From the NCBI GenBank assembly GCA_963781885.1, contig CAWAHW010000002.1, positions 928,001-992,000 on the forward strand: DNA of 64,000 nt, read 5' to 3'. Position numbers and translations under genes: made by a program. This document shows, piece by piece, positions 28,323-37,691 of the stretch (position 1 is its first letter; each line of letters starts with the position of its first letter). The stretch is from an uncultured Spirochaetota bacterium (GTDB taxonomy: Bacteria > Spirochaetota > Spirochaetia > SZUA-6 > Fen-1364). The notes beneath the pieces are model-generated. The model had not been told where the DNA came from. It did not search any database and worked only from the letters and a program-made list of their open reading frames with translations.

Positions 28323-30244
28323 CCTCCGAGATACTGTATATCGGTCTGCTCTGCCTGCACGCCGCGTGCATCATCCCGTTCGCCGTGCGCCTCGTCCGCC
28401 GACGCGGCTTCCGCAAGCTGCCGCTCGATCCGCTTCTTCTCCGCGCGCCCGAGCTTCTCTTTTCGATCACGGCCGTCTTTTTCCTTTTCACGTTCATCTA
28501 TGCAACCAACGCGAATATGGACTACGTCCAGCGATTCATGGCGTCGCACGGCAACCTTCGTCTTGCGCCGAACAGCACGCAGGAGCGCCGGTCGGCTCTC
28601 ATTCGATTTCTCCCCCTTCTGCTCCTGGACGCGGCGTGGTACGTCATCCCGCGTCTCGGAAGGCAGTCGAGGATACGCCCCGCCCTCGGCGTCCAGAGCG
28701 CCGCAGGCGTATGGTCGCTCGGCCTGGCCGTTCTTTCGGGGCTGCTTTCGGCCTTCTCCTTTCCCTCTTTTCTGCGGACGGCGGGTCTTCCGGCGCTCGG
28801 GTGGATAGCACTCGTGCCTCTTTTCCTCGCCCTGAGCGAGGCATCGCTTCCGCTGGGCATCTTCTACGGGACTCTTGCGGGCCTTTTACAGACGATGATT
28901 TCCAACTACTGGCTGGGCACATTCAACCTGCTCACGCTCCAGTTCGTCAGCGTCGTGACGCTCGTGGAATACATCCCCTTCATGGCGCTCGCAATGCTCC
29001 TGCTGCGGCCGGCGGATCGCCTCGGCTTCCTTGTCTTTCCCGCGGCTTGGACGGTCTTCGACTGGGTTCGTTCGATGGGATTCCTCGGCTATCCATGGGG
29101 CATGCCCGGCGCCTCCCAGTACGCGGTCCTGCCGGTGATCCAGATCGCCTCACTGACCGGCGTGTGGGGCGTCACGTTCGTCGTGGTCCTCGCGAACGCG
29201 GCCATCGGCTGGTACCTACATGCCGCCCTGACGAGGGAGAGGCCGGGAGCCGCGGCGGGCGTCACTCTCGCCATCGTGCTCGTCTTTACGCTGGGCTTCG
29301 GCGCCGTACGCGAAACACAGGAGGCGCGCGCGGCACCGGCGCCCCGGTCCGTGCGGCTCGCCCTCATCCAGCAGAACTCCGATCCCCGCAAGGACGACTA
29401 CCGCGCAACGTTCAACACGCTGCGCAGGCTGACCGACCAGTCTTTGCCGTCGAAGCCCGACCTCATCGTCTGGTCGGAAACTGCGTTCGTGCCGAACATC
29501 CGTCGATGGAGCCAGGAGGACCCGAGTATCTACTCCTACGCCGCGCTCGTGCGGGACTTCCTCGCGTACCAGAAATCGGTCGGGCGATGGCTCCTGACGG
29601 GAAATGACGACTACAGCCTCCGCGAGCTGCCGACGGGCGAGGAGCGCCTCGACTACAATGGGACGGTCCTTTTCTCACCCGTTGGCGCGCGGGTGGATAC
29701 CTATCACAAGATCCATCTCGTTCCCTTCACGGAATATTTCCCGTACAAGAAGCAGCTCCCCGGCATCTACAAGCTCTTGCAGAGCTTCGATGCCTATCTC
29801 TGGGAGCCGGGCGACAGGCGGGTCGTATTCCAGACTCCCGGATTCTCCTTCTCCACGCCGATCTGTTTCGAGGACGTTTTTCCCGATGACGTACGGCGAT
29901 TCGTCGCGGAGGGCGCCCAGGTGATCCTGAATCTCTCCAACGACTACTGGTCGCTCACGGACACCGAGGCGATGCAGCATGCCGCGAACGCGGCGTTCCG
30001 CGCGGTGGAAAATGGCCGACCCCTTGCCCGCGCATCGGCGTCGGGCCTCACCTGCCTCATCGCTCCGGACGGCCGCATCCTTGCGCGAAGCCCCTTCTCC
30101 ACGGAGGCGAGCCTCGTCGTGGACGTCCCCCTCCGTCCCGCGGTGGAGACGCTGTACACGCAGTGGGGTGACTGGCTCCCGCCCGTGCTCGGAGCTTTCC
30201 TGCTGATCCTTTTCGTGGGGGGATTCATCTGGCGAAGGCCGTAG
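28319..30244 (+). CDS. lnt: Apolipoprotein N-acyltransferase (copy 1, N-terminally extended)
   Basis: GYPWG, QIASLTGVWG, catalytic E-K-C in WSETA / YHKIHLVPFTE / PICFED, RAVENGR. Confidence 0.93.
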   Translation: MTSEILYIGLLCLHAACIIPFAVRLVRRRGFRKLPLDPLLLRAPELLFSITAVFFLFTFIYATNANMDYVQRFMASHGNLRLAPNSTQERRSALIRFLPLLLLDAAWYVIPRLGRQSRIRPALGVQSAAGVWSLGLAVLSGLLSAFSFPSFLRTAGLPALGWIALVPLFLALSEASLPLGIFYGTLAGLLQTMISNYWLGTFNLLTLQFVSVVTLVEYIPFMALAMLLLRPADRLGFLVFPAAWTVFDWVRSMGFLGYPWGMPGASQYAVLPVIQIASLTGVWGVTFVVVLANAAIGWYLHAALTRERPGAAAGVTLAIVLVFTLGFGAVRETQEARAAPAPRSVRLALIQQNSDPRKDDYRATFNTLRRLTDQSLPSKPDLIVWSETAFVPNIRRWSQEDPSIYSYAALVRDFLAYQKSVGRWLLTGNDDYSLRELPTGEERLDYNGTVLFSPVGARVDTYHKIHLVPFTEYFPYKKQLPGIYKLLQSFDAYLWEPGDRRVVFQTPGFSFSTPICFEDVFPDDVRRFVAEGAQVILNLSNDYWSLTDTEAMQHAANAAFRAVENGRPLARASASGLTCLIAPDGRILARSPFSTEASLVVDVPLRPAVETLYTQWGDWLPPVLGAFLLILFVGGFIWRRP

Positions 30245-30954
30245 CAGCCCGCGTCGCAGAGCTGTATGAGACGCTGCGCGCGGCCTACGGGCAGCAGGGC
30301 TGGTGGCCCATTCCGAGCCTTGCCGGCAGACCAGGTTTCGACGAGCGCGGATACCACCCCGGCATGTACGGTCAGCCGCTTTCTTCCAAGGGCCGGTTCG
30401 AGGTTGCACTCGGGGCGATCCTCACGCAGAACACCGCGTGGACGAACGTGGAGAAAGCGCTCGCGCGCCTGCACGCGGCGGGAATCGGGCTGCCGTCCGA
30501 CATCCGCGCGCTGAGACGTGAGCGGCTTGCGGGCCTGATCCGTCCCGCGGGGTACTACAACCAGAAGGCGCGAAAGCTCGCGGGGATTGCGCGGCTCTTC
30601 GGCACGCCCGGCGCGCTCACCCTGAAAGGGGCACCGACGCGCGAAACCCTTCTCAGGCAGTGGGGCATCGGTCCCGAAACGGCCGACTCGATCCTGCTCT
30701 ATGCGTTCAGAGTGCCGGTCTTCGTCGTCGATGCGTACGCGAGGCGCATTCTGGAAAGGATCGGGCTCATCCCGGGGAGGGCAGGCTATTCCGAGATCCA
30801 GGCGCTTTTCCACGCGGCGCTGCAGCCCGATCACGCCCTGTACAATGAGTTTCACGCGCTTCTTGTGGAGCATGCCAAGCAGCATTGCCGTGCGAGGCCG
30901 GTCTGCGCCGGGTGTCCCGTGAGATCCTGCGGCTACCGCGCCGCCAACCCTTGA
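30229..30954 (+). CDS. Endonuclease III-like HhH-GPD protein with 4Fe-4S motif
   Basis: GAILTQNTAW, GIGPETADSILLYA, VVDAY, C..RP.C..CP...C; the frame stays open upstream of ATG 30364 through LYETLRAAYGQQGWWP, so the start is uncertain (CTG 30229?). Confidence 0.88.
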   Translation: MAKAVAARVAELYETLRAAYGQQGWWPIPSLAGRPGFDERGYHPGMYGQPLSSKGRFEVALGAILTQNTAWTNVEKALARLHAAGIGLPSDIRALRRERLAGLIRPAGYYNQKARKLAGIARLFGTPGALTLKGAPTRETLLRQWGIGPETADSILLYAFRVPVFVVDAYARRILERIGLIPGRAGYSEIQALFHAALQPDHALYNEFHALLVEHAKQHCRARPVCAGCPVRSCGYRAANP

Positions 30955-32187
30955 TTGCTCGGAAAAAAACGGCGACACTCCATGCTCAATGGCTCGTAAC
31001 CGGCGGTTCCTGCATCGTCGTCTGCGGACATCTCTGTCTCGACATGATCCCTGGCTTTCGACGTGACACCGCGCGGGACTGGTCGCGCCCGGGACGTCTG
31101 TCGATCGTGGACGCGGCGGTGATCGCCACGGGCGGGGCCGTTTCCAATGTCGGCCTCACGCTGGACAGGCTGGGACTGCCCGTGCGCCTGGTCGCCAAGC
31201 TGGGAAACGATCCACTCGCGCGACTGACGCTGGAAAAGCTCGGCGGCGTATCGGAAAAGACGCGCGGCGTGCGCCCCGTGGAAGGCGAGACAACATCCTA
31301 CAGTTTCGTGCTGAACCCGCCGGGCGTCGACCGGATCTTTCTGCACTGCCCGGGGGCGAACGACACGTTCACGGACGACGACGTCGACGACTCTCACCTG
31401 CGCAATGCGGCCATTTTCCATTTCGGCTACCCGCCGCTCATGAAGCGCATCTATTCCGACGGTGGAGAGTGCCTGGAGCGTCTCCTCACGCGCGCACGCG
31501 CGGCCGGTGCCCTCACGTCGCTGGACATGGCCCTTCCCGATCCCGAAAGCCCTGCCGGCCGCGTGGATTGGGGGGCATATCTCGCGCGGGTCCTCCCGCA
31601 CGTGGATCTTTTCGTTCCCAGCGTGGAAGAGCTTTTTTTCATGACGGACAGGGACGGATTCGCGCGGCTTTCCGCCGATGGAGGCGGGGAGGCGATCATA
31701 CGCGGCGCCGCATTCTCAGAGCTCCGGCGGCTTGCCGACCACGCCATCGACAACGGAGTGCGCGCCGTCCTCATCAAGCTGGGCGACAGGGGGGCATACC
31801 TGCGCACCGGTCCAGCCGGTCTTTCCCACGACGGCGTTCTGGTCACGCCGCGAGCTCTACACGCCCGTCTTCAGCGTGCCTCATGTCGGCGGGACCACGG
31901 GCGCGGGGGATTCGACGATTGCCGGCTTCCTTGCCTCCGTGTTCAAGGGGCTTCCGCCCGAGGAGGCGCTCACCATGGCGGTCGCGGTGGGCGGCTGCTG
32001 CGTGGAGGAGCTCGATGCCGTCTCGGGCATCAGGACGTGGGAGGCAACCCGCGCCCGCGTCGCCGCGGGATGGCCGCGCCCGCCGGTGTCGGTCACCGAG
32101 CAGGGGTGGAGCAGGCTTGCGGGCGGCATCTGGCGGGGACCCGAAGATCAGCTCCCCGAGTCGAAGACGGTGGCGCCGACGTCGTAG
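30951..32187 (+). CDS. PfkB family carbohydrate kinase, frameshifted at ~31823
   Basis: GHLCLD, GGAVSNVG, KLGND, KLGDRG in the first frame; GTTGAGDSTIAGF in frame 31678..32187; start uncertain. Confidence 0.88.
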
Positions 32188-33663
32188 CGCTTCAGGTCGA
32201 TGCCCCGCCGGTAGGCCTCGAGATCGGCCAACTCACGTTCCAGCTCGCTGAACCGGTAGGCAAAAACTCCGTCCTTTTCCTGCGGGATCGGCTCCGCGTG
32301 CATGGCGGCGGCGAGCCTTTCCATGATCCTCTTGCCGGCACCGGCCGTATTGCGCGGGTCGAGCGCCGTGCCCGGAAGGCTTCACGTCGCGCGGGTCGAC
32401 GCGCGCGGGAGAGGAGAGAACCTGCGCGAGGATGCGGCCGCGCAGCGCCTCTTCGCGGATCTTCGCATTCTGCCTGTTCAGGCGGAACCGGCGCAGGAAG
32501 GGCACGATGAAGAAGAGGATGGAGAAGGCAACGGGCACGATGCCCAGGGCTATCGAGAGCAGGGGAACCGGGTTTCCCACCCCGGCGCTCATGAGGAGCC
32601 GACCGGTGAAGGAATAGAGCAGGGGGCCGGTCTTCGCAAGCGCCGCGGTGCCCTGGTTCAGGCCGATCAGGAGGAAGTACAGCCCGAATCCGAGATTGAA
32701 GGTATTGAAGAATGCGATCCAGCCATTCGTGCGCCGCTTGTTCGCGGAGAACGGCACGATCCTCTTCGTGGCGGGATTCTGCAGGGACACCTGTCCCACG
32801 CTCCTCTGCCCGGAGTCGGTCGTCCGCATGAGCTCGGGGAACGTGTAGATCACGGTTCCGTTTTCCGTCACCCCCGGCTCGCCCTCGAACTCGAGAAGGA
32901 TCCTGTTCATGAGCGCGTTCGCCTTGTCAGGCTCGCTGCCCGACAGCGTCATGAGCTCCTCCAGCGTGATGACCCCCTTGTGACTCCTGATGTAAGCGAT
33001 GATGTGGCGGCGCTCCAGCTCGTCCCAGCCCTTGTTCGGATCCTCGTCGCCGAAGACGAAACCGAACACCGACTTGTAGAAGGCCCGGCCGTTGGGGTCC
33101 CTCGGCCTGCGGCTGTTGCTGGCGCCCTTGAACAGGCTGGTCCAGAACCACATCCGCAGCAGGAGGTCGAGGAGGCGCAGCATGAGGAAACCGCCGCCCA
33201 GCCCGCCTCCCCTGTCCCGGCCGCGGCTGTTGTTGCTGCCGCTGCCCGCGGCGCTCGCGGCGAATGAGGCGACGATGGCGAGCACGATCAGGGCGACGAA
33301 GGCCACGAAATACCCCACGAGCATCGCGACGATCCATATCTTGAAGAGAAGGGAAAGCACGCGCGCGGAGATGCCGACGAATCGCTTCCAGAACCTGCGC
33401 AGGGAAGGGCCCGCGCCGCGCACGGTGCTCCGCATGCCGTCGGGGAAATAGTAGAGGAGCTCGCCGGATTCCGTCACCTTGAGCCGGCCGGCATACTCGT
33501 CGAGCGCCGCCTTGGCGGCCTGCTCCACCTGGTACTTCGGCAGGCCGGTGCCGGCGATCATGTCCGCAACGGTGGACGATCCGCGCTTCGTCTTCAGAAA
33601 CGTGACGACCTGTGCTTCCACCTTTTCCAGCGGAAAGTCATAGACCTTCGGGGCATTCGCCAC
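32148..33663 (-). CDS. Membrane protein resembling the At5g03900/cyanobacterial family; frameshift at ~32371
   Basis: GTG start with AAGGAGG SD; repeated motifs GELLYYFP, GTVIYTFPEL and (after the shift) GVFAYRFSEL; VFGFVFGDEDPN. Confidence 0.7.
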
Positions 33664-33781
33664 GCCGCGCCTCCTTCCTCGATGAGCCTCACCTGCAACG
33701 ATACAGGAAAGGCGTCCGAATGGCAAACAGCCTTCCCGCTCCGCGTGCGAATGCCGTGGTCCCAGAAAGCCGTGGTCCCCC

Positions 33782-33810
33782 TTGACAGATGGGGGCGCTT
33801 TCGTTAGGTT
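33782..33810 (+). promoter_or_regulatory. Sigma70-like promoter of rpsT
   Basis: TTGACA, 17 bp spacer, TAGGTT. Confidence 0.6.
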
Positions 33811-33859
33811 CATAAATTGTTGCAACTGCTGTATTTGGATTGCGCGGAGGTATCCACCG

Positions 33860-34126
33860 TTGGCTAGGAATCTTTCGGCTGAGAAAAGCGACCGCCAGGG
33901 CGAAAAGCGGCGTCTGCGGAACAAGATGATCAAGAGCCGGGCAAAGACCCTCGTGAAGGACTTCGTCGAGCTCGTCGACGGCAAGAAGAAGGACGACGCG
34001 AAGGCGAAGCTCGCGGAGGTCTCCTCATTTCTCGACAAGGCCGTCTCCAAGGGCGTCTACCACAAAAACACCGCTGCCCGCAAGAAATCCAGGATGCACA
34101 CCCTGCTCAGCGGGCTGTCGAAGTAG
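33860..34126 (+). CDS. rpsT: 30S ribosomal protein S20
   Basis: TTG start after GGAGG; SAEK..RQ.EKRRLRN, DKAVSKGVYHKNTAARKKSR. Confidence 0.96.
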   Translation: MARNLSAEKSDRQGEKRRLRNKMIKSRAKTLVKDFVELVDGKKKDDAKAKLAEVSSFLDKAVSKGVYHKNTAARKKSRMHTLLSGLSK

Positions 34127-34138
34127 CGGACCGGATCC

Positions 34139-34438
34139 GTGGCCCGGGAAAAGCTTTCCAAGGCCGAGATCGTCGAAAACATCTACCCTCTCGTCAAGAC
34201 GAGCAAGAAGAATATCCACCGGATCATCGACTTGTTCTTCGACCAGATAAAGGCCGGTCTTCTAGGCGACAAGGTCATCGAGTTGCGCGGTCTGGGCACG
34301 TTCGAAATCCGCACACGCAAGGGGCGCAAGGCACGCAACCCGAAGACCGGGGATTCCGTCGTGATCCGCAATCACGGCGTCGCCCACTTCCGCCCCGGCC
34401 GCGAGCTGAAACAGAAGGTCTGGGACCTGAGGAGCTGA
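34139..34438 (+). CDS. HU/IHF family DNA-binding protein
   Basis: IELRGLGTFE, ARNPKTG, FRPGRELK. Confidence 0.95.
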   Translation: MAREKLSKAEIVENIYPLVKTSKKNIHRIIDLFFDQIKAGLLGDKVIELRGLGTFEIRTRKGRKARNPKTGDSVVIRNHGVAHFRPGRELKQKVWDLRS

Positions 34439-34439
34439 G

Positions 34440-36059
34440 GTGCCTGCGAAGGCCGCCACCCATCCTGCGCGGAGCGTCTTCCTGGACCTCGGCCTGCTCT
34501 GTCTCTCCGCCCTTCTTTTTGCGCTTTCCTTTCCCAGTTTTCTTTCCGTGTCCGGCTGGTTTCCTCTCGGCTTCCTCTGCCTCGCGCCCGTCTTTGCCGT
34601 CGCGCGCCGTGCCTCCTGGCCGGCGGTTCCCTTCTACGGCCTTTTTTTCGGCTATATCTCCTATGCGCTTTTCAACTACTGGCTGGGCAAATTCCACCCG
34701 CTCACGCTCGTCGTCGTTCCCCCGATCTATGCCGCCTACTTCCTGGTCACGCTGCCTGCGCTGAAGCTGGCCGACACCCTTTTTCCGCGTCACGCGTACC
34801 TCCTGCAGGCCGCGCTCTGGGTCTGCTACGAGTACTTTCTGAAATCGAGCGGATTCCTTGCCTACTCATACGGCAACCTCGGCTACTCCCAATATCCGTT
34901 CATTCCATTCATCCAGATCGCCGATCTTGCAGGCGTCTGGGGTGTTTCCCTTGCCGTCGTCTTCCCTTCCGCCCTGATCGGCCGGCTTATGGCGGACGGC
35001 ATCGCGGCGATGAAGGCAGAGTGGAGGCGTTACCTGCTGCCGGCCGGGGCGTACGCGGCGGTTTTTGCGGCCATACTGGTCTACGGCTTTGCCGCACCGG
35101 TCAACACGACCGCGGACAGGCAATGGAAGGTGGCACTCGTCCAGCAGAACGTCGATCCGTGGAAGGGCGGCTACACCGCGTATCGGCAGTCCCTCTCCGT
35201 GCTGGAACGGCAGAGCGATGCGGTCATGACGCAGAAACCCGAAATCGTGATCTGGTCCGAGACCTCCTTTGTTCCGGCCATCGACTGGCACACGCGCTAC
35301 CGGCCCGACACGCAGACCTACGGCCTGGTGAAGGAGCTGCGCACCTACCTCGCGTCGCAGCCGGTCCCCTTTGTCGTGGGAAATGACGACGGGCAGCTGA
35401 AGCGCGTGGAGGAAGGCCAGGAGATCCGGGTCGATTACAACGCCGCGCTGCTCTTCCAGGGCGACACCATTGTCGACACCTACCGCAAGCTCCACCTCGT
35501 GCCGTTCACGGAAAGCTTCCCATTCCAGAATACGCTTCCCGGCATCTATTCCTGGCTCAAGAGCGCAGACACCCATTTCTGGGAGCAGGGCACGGTGGCG
35601 ACCGTTTTCCATGCGGGGGGCGTAAGCTTCTCCACGCCGATCTGCTTCGAGGATACCTTCGGGTATCTCTGCCGCAACTTCGTCCGGGGGGGCGCCGACG
35701 TCCTTGTAAACATGACGAACGATGCATGGTCGTTCTCCGTACCCGGCGCCATGCAGCACATGATCATGGCGGTCTTCCGCGCAGTGGAGAACAGGCGCTC
35801 CGTCGTCCGCTCCACGAACGCTGGCATGACGAACATCATCGACCCGAACGGCAGGATCCTTTCATCGCTTCCACCATTCATCGAGGGGAACCTCGTGGGG
35901 ACGGCACCCGTGCACCGGGGAGTCTTCACCTTGTATACCCGGTGGGGGGACTGGCTGCCGTGGGTCCTCCTCGGCCTTGGCGTCCTGGCGGTGATTGCGG
36001 GAATCGCGCGGCGCGCGGCGGCTCCCGCGCGGAAGACGTCGCCCGAGCCGACGCCTTAG
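34440..36059 (+). CDS. lnt: Apolipoprotein N-acyltransferase (copy 2)
   Basis: QIADLAGVWG, WSETS, YRKLHLVPFTE, PICFED, RAVENRR. Confidence 0.93.
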   Translation: MPAKAATHPARSVFLDLGLLCLSALLFALSFPSFLSVSGWFPLGFLCLAPVFAVARRASWPAVPFYGLFFGYISYALFNYWLGKFHPLTLVVVPPIYAAYFLVTLPALKLADTLFPRHAYLLQAALWVCYEYFLKSSGFLAYSYGNLGYSQYPFIPFIQIADLAGVWGVSLAVVFPSALIGRLMADGIAAMKAEWRRYLLPAGAYAAVFAAILVYGFAAPVNTTADRQWKVALVQQNVDPWKGGYTAYRQSLSVLERQSDAVMTQKPEIVIWSETSFVPAIDWHTRYRPDTQTYGLVKELRTYLASQPVPFVVGNDDGQLKRVEEGQEIRVDYNAALLFQGDTIVDTYRKLHLVPFTESFPFQNTLPGIYSWLKSADTHFWEQGTVATVFHAGGVSFSTPICFEDTFGYLCRNFVRGGADVLVNMTNDAWSFSVPGAMQHMIMAVFRAVENRRSVVRSTNAGMTNIIDPNGRILSSLPPFIEGNLVGTAPVHRGVFTLYTRWGDWLPWVLLGLGVLAVIAGIARRAAAPARKTSPEPTP

Positions 36060-36119
36060 GGCTCGCTGTGGGCCATCCCTTCCGCGGTAACACCGCGAAG
36101 TTGGACACGCTCGCCCTCG

Positions 36120-36195
36120 GGGCTCTCGCTGTCCTGCGCGCCGCCTCCGGCGTCGCTGGGCCAGCTGCCGCCCTCCGCGCGCCTTCGACGCGCTA
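36120..36195. repeat. 76-bp dispersed intergenic repeat, copy A
   Basis: 73/76 identical to the reverse complement of 40730..40805; a 19-bp part also occurs at 23459..23477. Confidence 0.9.
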
Positions 36196-36214
36196 CGCAT
36201 CCATGCCTTCGCAA

Positions 36215-36243
36215 TTGACAGCAGGGGGAATCTCGGGCAGAAT
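36215..36243 (+). promoter_or_regulatory. Sigma70-like promoter of the response-regulator operon
   Basis: TTGACA, 17 bp spacer, CAGAAT. Confidence 0.55.
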
Positions 36244-36260
36244 CACTCCACGGGGGGCGT

Positions 36261-37055
36261 ATGAAGCTCAGGGGAAGAATTCTCATCGTCGATGACGAGC
36301 CCATCAATCTGGAGTTCTTCGATGTCATGCTGAGCAAACTGGGCTTCCAGGTGGAGAAGGCCGTCGACGGAGAAGAAGCCCTGGAAAAGGTCCAGGCATG
36401 CAACCCCGACCTCATCATCCTCGACAACATCATGCCCAAACTGTCCGGCTGGGAAGTGACGCGGACCCTCAAGCACGACGCGGCCTACCGGCGCTATCGC
36501 AACACGCCCATCATCATGTTCTCCGCCATGAACGAGGTGAAGGACCGCATCGAAGGCTTCGAGCAGGGCGTGGACGACTATATCACGAAACCTTTCAATT
36601 TCTCCGAGGTGCTCGCCCGCATCCGGGCGGTCCTCCGGAGCCGCGAGCTCTCGCGCCAGCTTTCGCGGCGCGAAAAGCGTATCGCCGTGGTCGAATCGCT
36701 CAACAACTCGCTCATGTTCTTCACGCAGCACATCAAGAAGCCCATCTCCGAGCTGCTCGCGCTCGCGGAGAAGACGGACAGCGGGGACCCCGCGGGCGTG
36801 GACAGGCTGCGCGACACGATCGGCAAGGAGGGCGGGGAAATCCTTGCGACCCTGCGCGGCCTGGAGGACGAGGTGGCGGAGCTGCAGGGCAAGGGAGAGA
36901 AGCTCAAGAGGGGCGACCTCTCCGTGGATGACCTGGAAAAGAAGCTGCGCAAGCACCTGCGCAATTGGAAGAAGCGGCAGGAAAAGCTCTCCGATGAGGA
37001 GGGGCGGCCGGCGGAAAGCGTGCCGCAGCGCACGACGCAGGGGGCGGAATCATGA
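36261..37055 (+). CDS. Response regulator (REC plus helical C-terminal domain)
   Basis: ILIVDDE, DLIILDNIMP, DDYITKPF; no HTH output domain. Confidence 0.9.
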   Translation: MKLRGRILIVDDEPINLEFFDVMLSKLGFQVEKAVDGEEALEKVQACNPDLIILDNIMPKLSGWEVTRTLKHDAAYRRYRNTPIIMFSAMNEVKDRIEGFEQGVDDYITKPFNFSEVLARIRAVLRSRELSRQLSRREKRIAVVESLNNSLMFFTQHIKKPISELLALAEKTDSGDPAGVDRLRDTIGKEGGEILATLRGLEDEVAELQGKGEKLKRGDLSVDDLEKKLRKHLRNWKKRQEKLSDEEGRPAESVPQRTTQGAES

Positions 37056-37273
37056 TCACGGAAGACAAGAAGAAGGTCCTCGAGTATTTCGCGGAGGGAC
37101 GCAAGCTTTACAAGCTCATGAAATTCGAAGAAGCGCGGGACGCGTTTGCAAAGGCGCTGAAGGTGGATTCCGAGGACGGACCGTCCAAGGTGTACTACGC
37201 GCGCTGCAAACACTACGTGGAAAACCCGCCTCCCGAGGACTGGGACGGCGTATTCGTGATGAAGACGAAGTGA
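37052..37273 (+). CDS. Small TPR-like protein
   Basis: FAEGRKLY..FEEARDAFAKAL..DGPSKVYYARC..PPPEDWDGVF. Confidence 0.8.
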   Translation: MITEDKKKVLEYFAEGRKLYKLMKFEEARDAFAKALKVDSEDGPSKVYYARCKHYVENPPPEDWDGVFVMKTK

Positions 37274-37277
37274 CGGT

Positions 37278-37691
37278 ATGGCAAAGAACGAAGATCACAA
37301 GGGCATCGAGCGCATCATCACCACGCTGGGCCGCGAGACCGATTTCAACGGCGTCATGCGGTTCAAGGAATCCCTGAAGATCGACGGCAGCTTTTCCGGG
37401 GAGATCGTCTCCACGGGATTCCTCTACGTCGAGCAGGGCGCGACGATCACCGCGAATATACGGGTCGGATCGGTGGTCGTCGGCGGCACGGTCACGGGGA
37501 ACATCGAGGCGACCGAGAAGCTGGAGATGCTCACCACGGGCAAGGTCTTCGGGAACATCCGCACGGCGAAGCTGAAGATCGCGGATGGGGTGGTCTTCGA
37601 GGGCAAGTGCGAGATGATCAAGAACCCGCAGGCCGTGAATGTCTTTTCCGGCACCGTCGAGCAGCTGAAAAAAAACGCCCAGAGTGTGTGA
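37278..37691 (+). CDS. Bactofilin (second copy)
   Basis: TTLGRETDFNG..LKIDGSFSG..GNIRTAKLKIADGVVFEG. Confidence 0.92.
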   Translation: MAKNEDHKGIERIITTLGRETDFNGVMRFKESLKIDGSFSGEIVSTGFLYVEQGATITANIRVGSVVVGGTVTGNIEATEKLEMLTTGKVFGNIRTAKLKIADGVVFEGKCEMIKNPQAVNVFSGTVEQLKKNAQSV

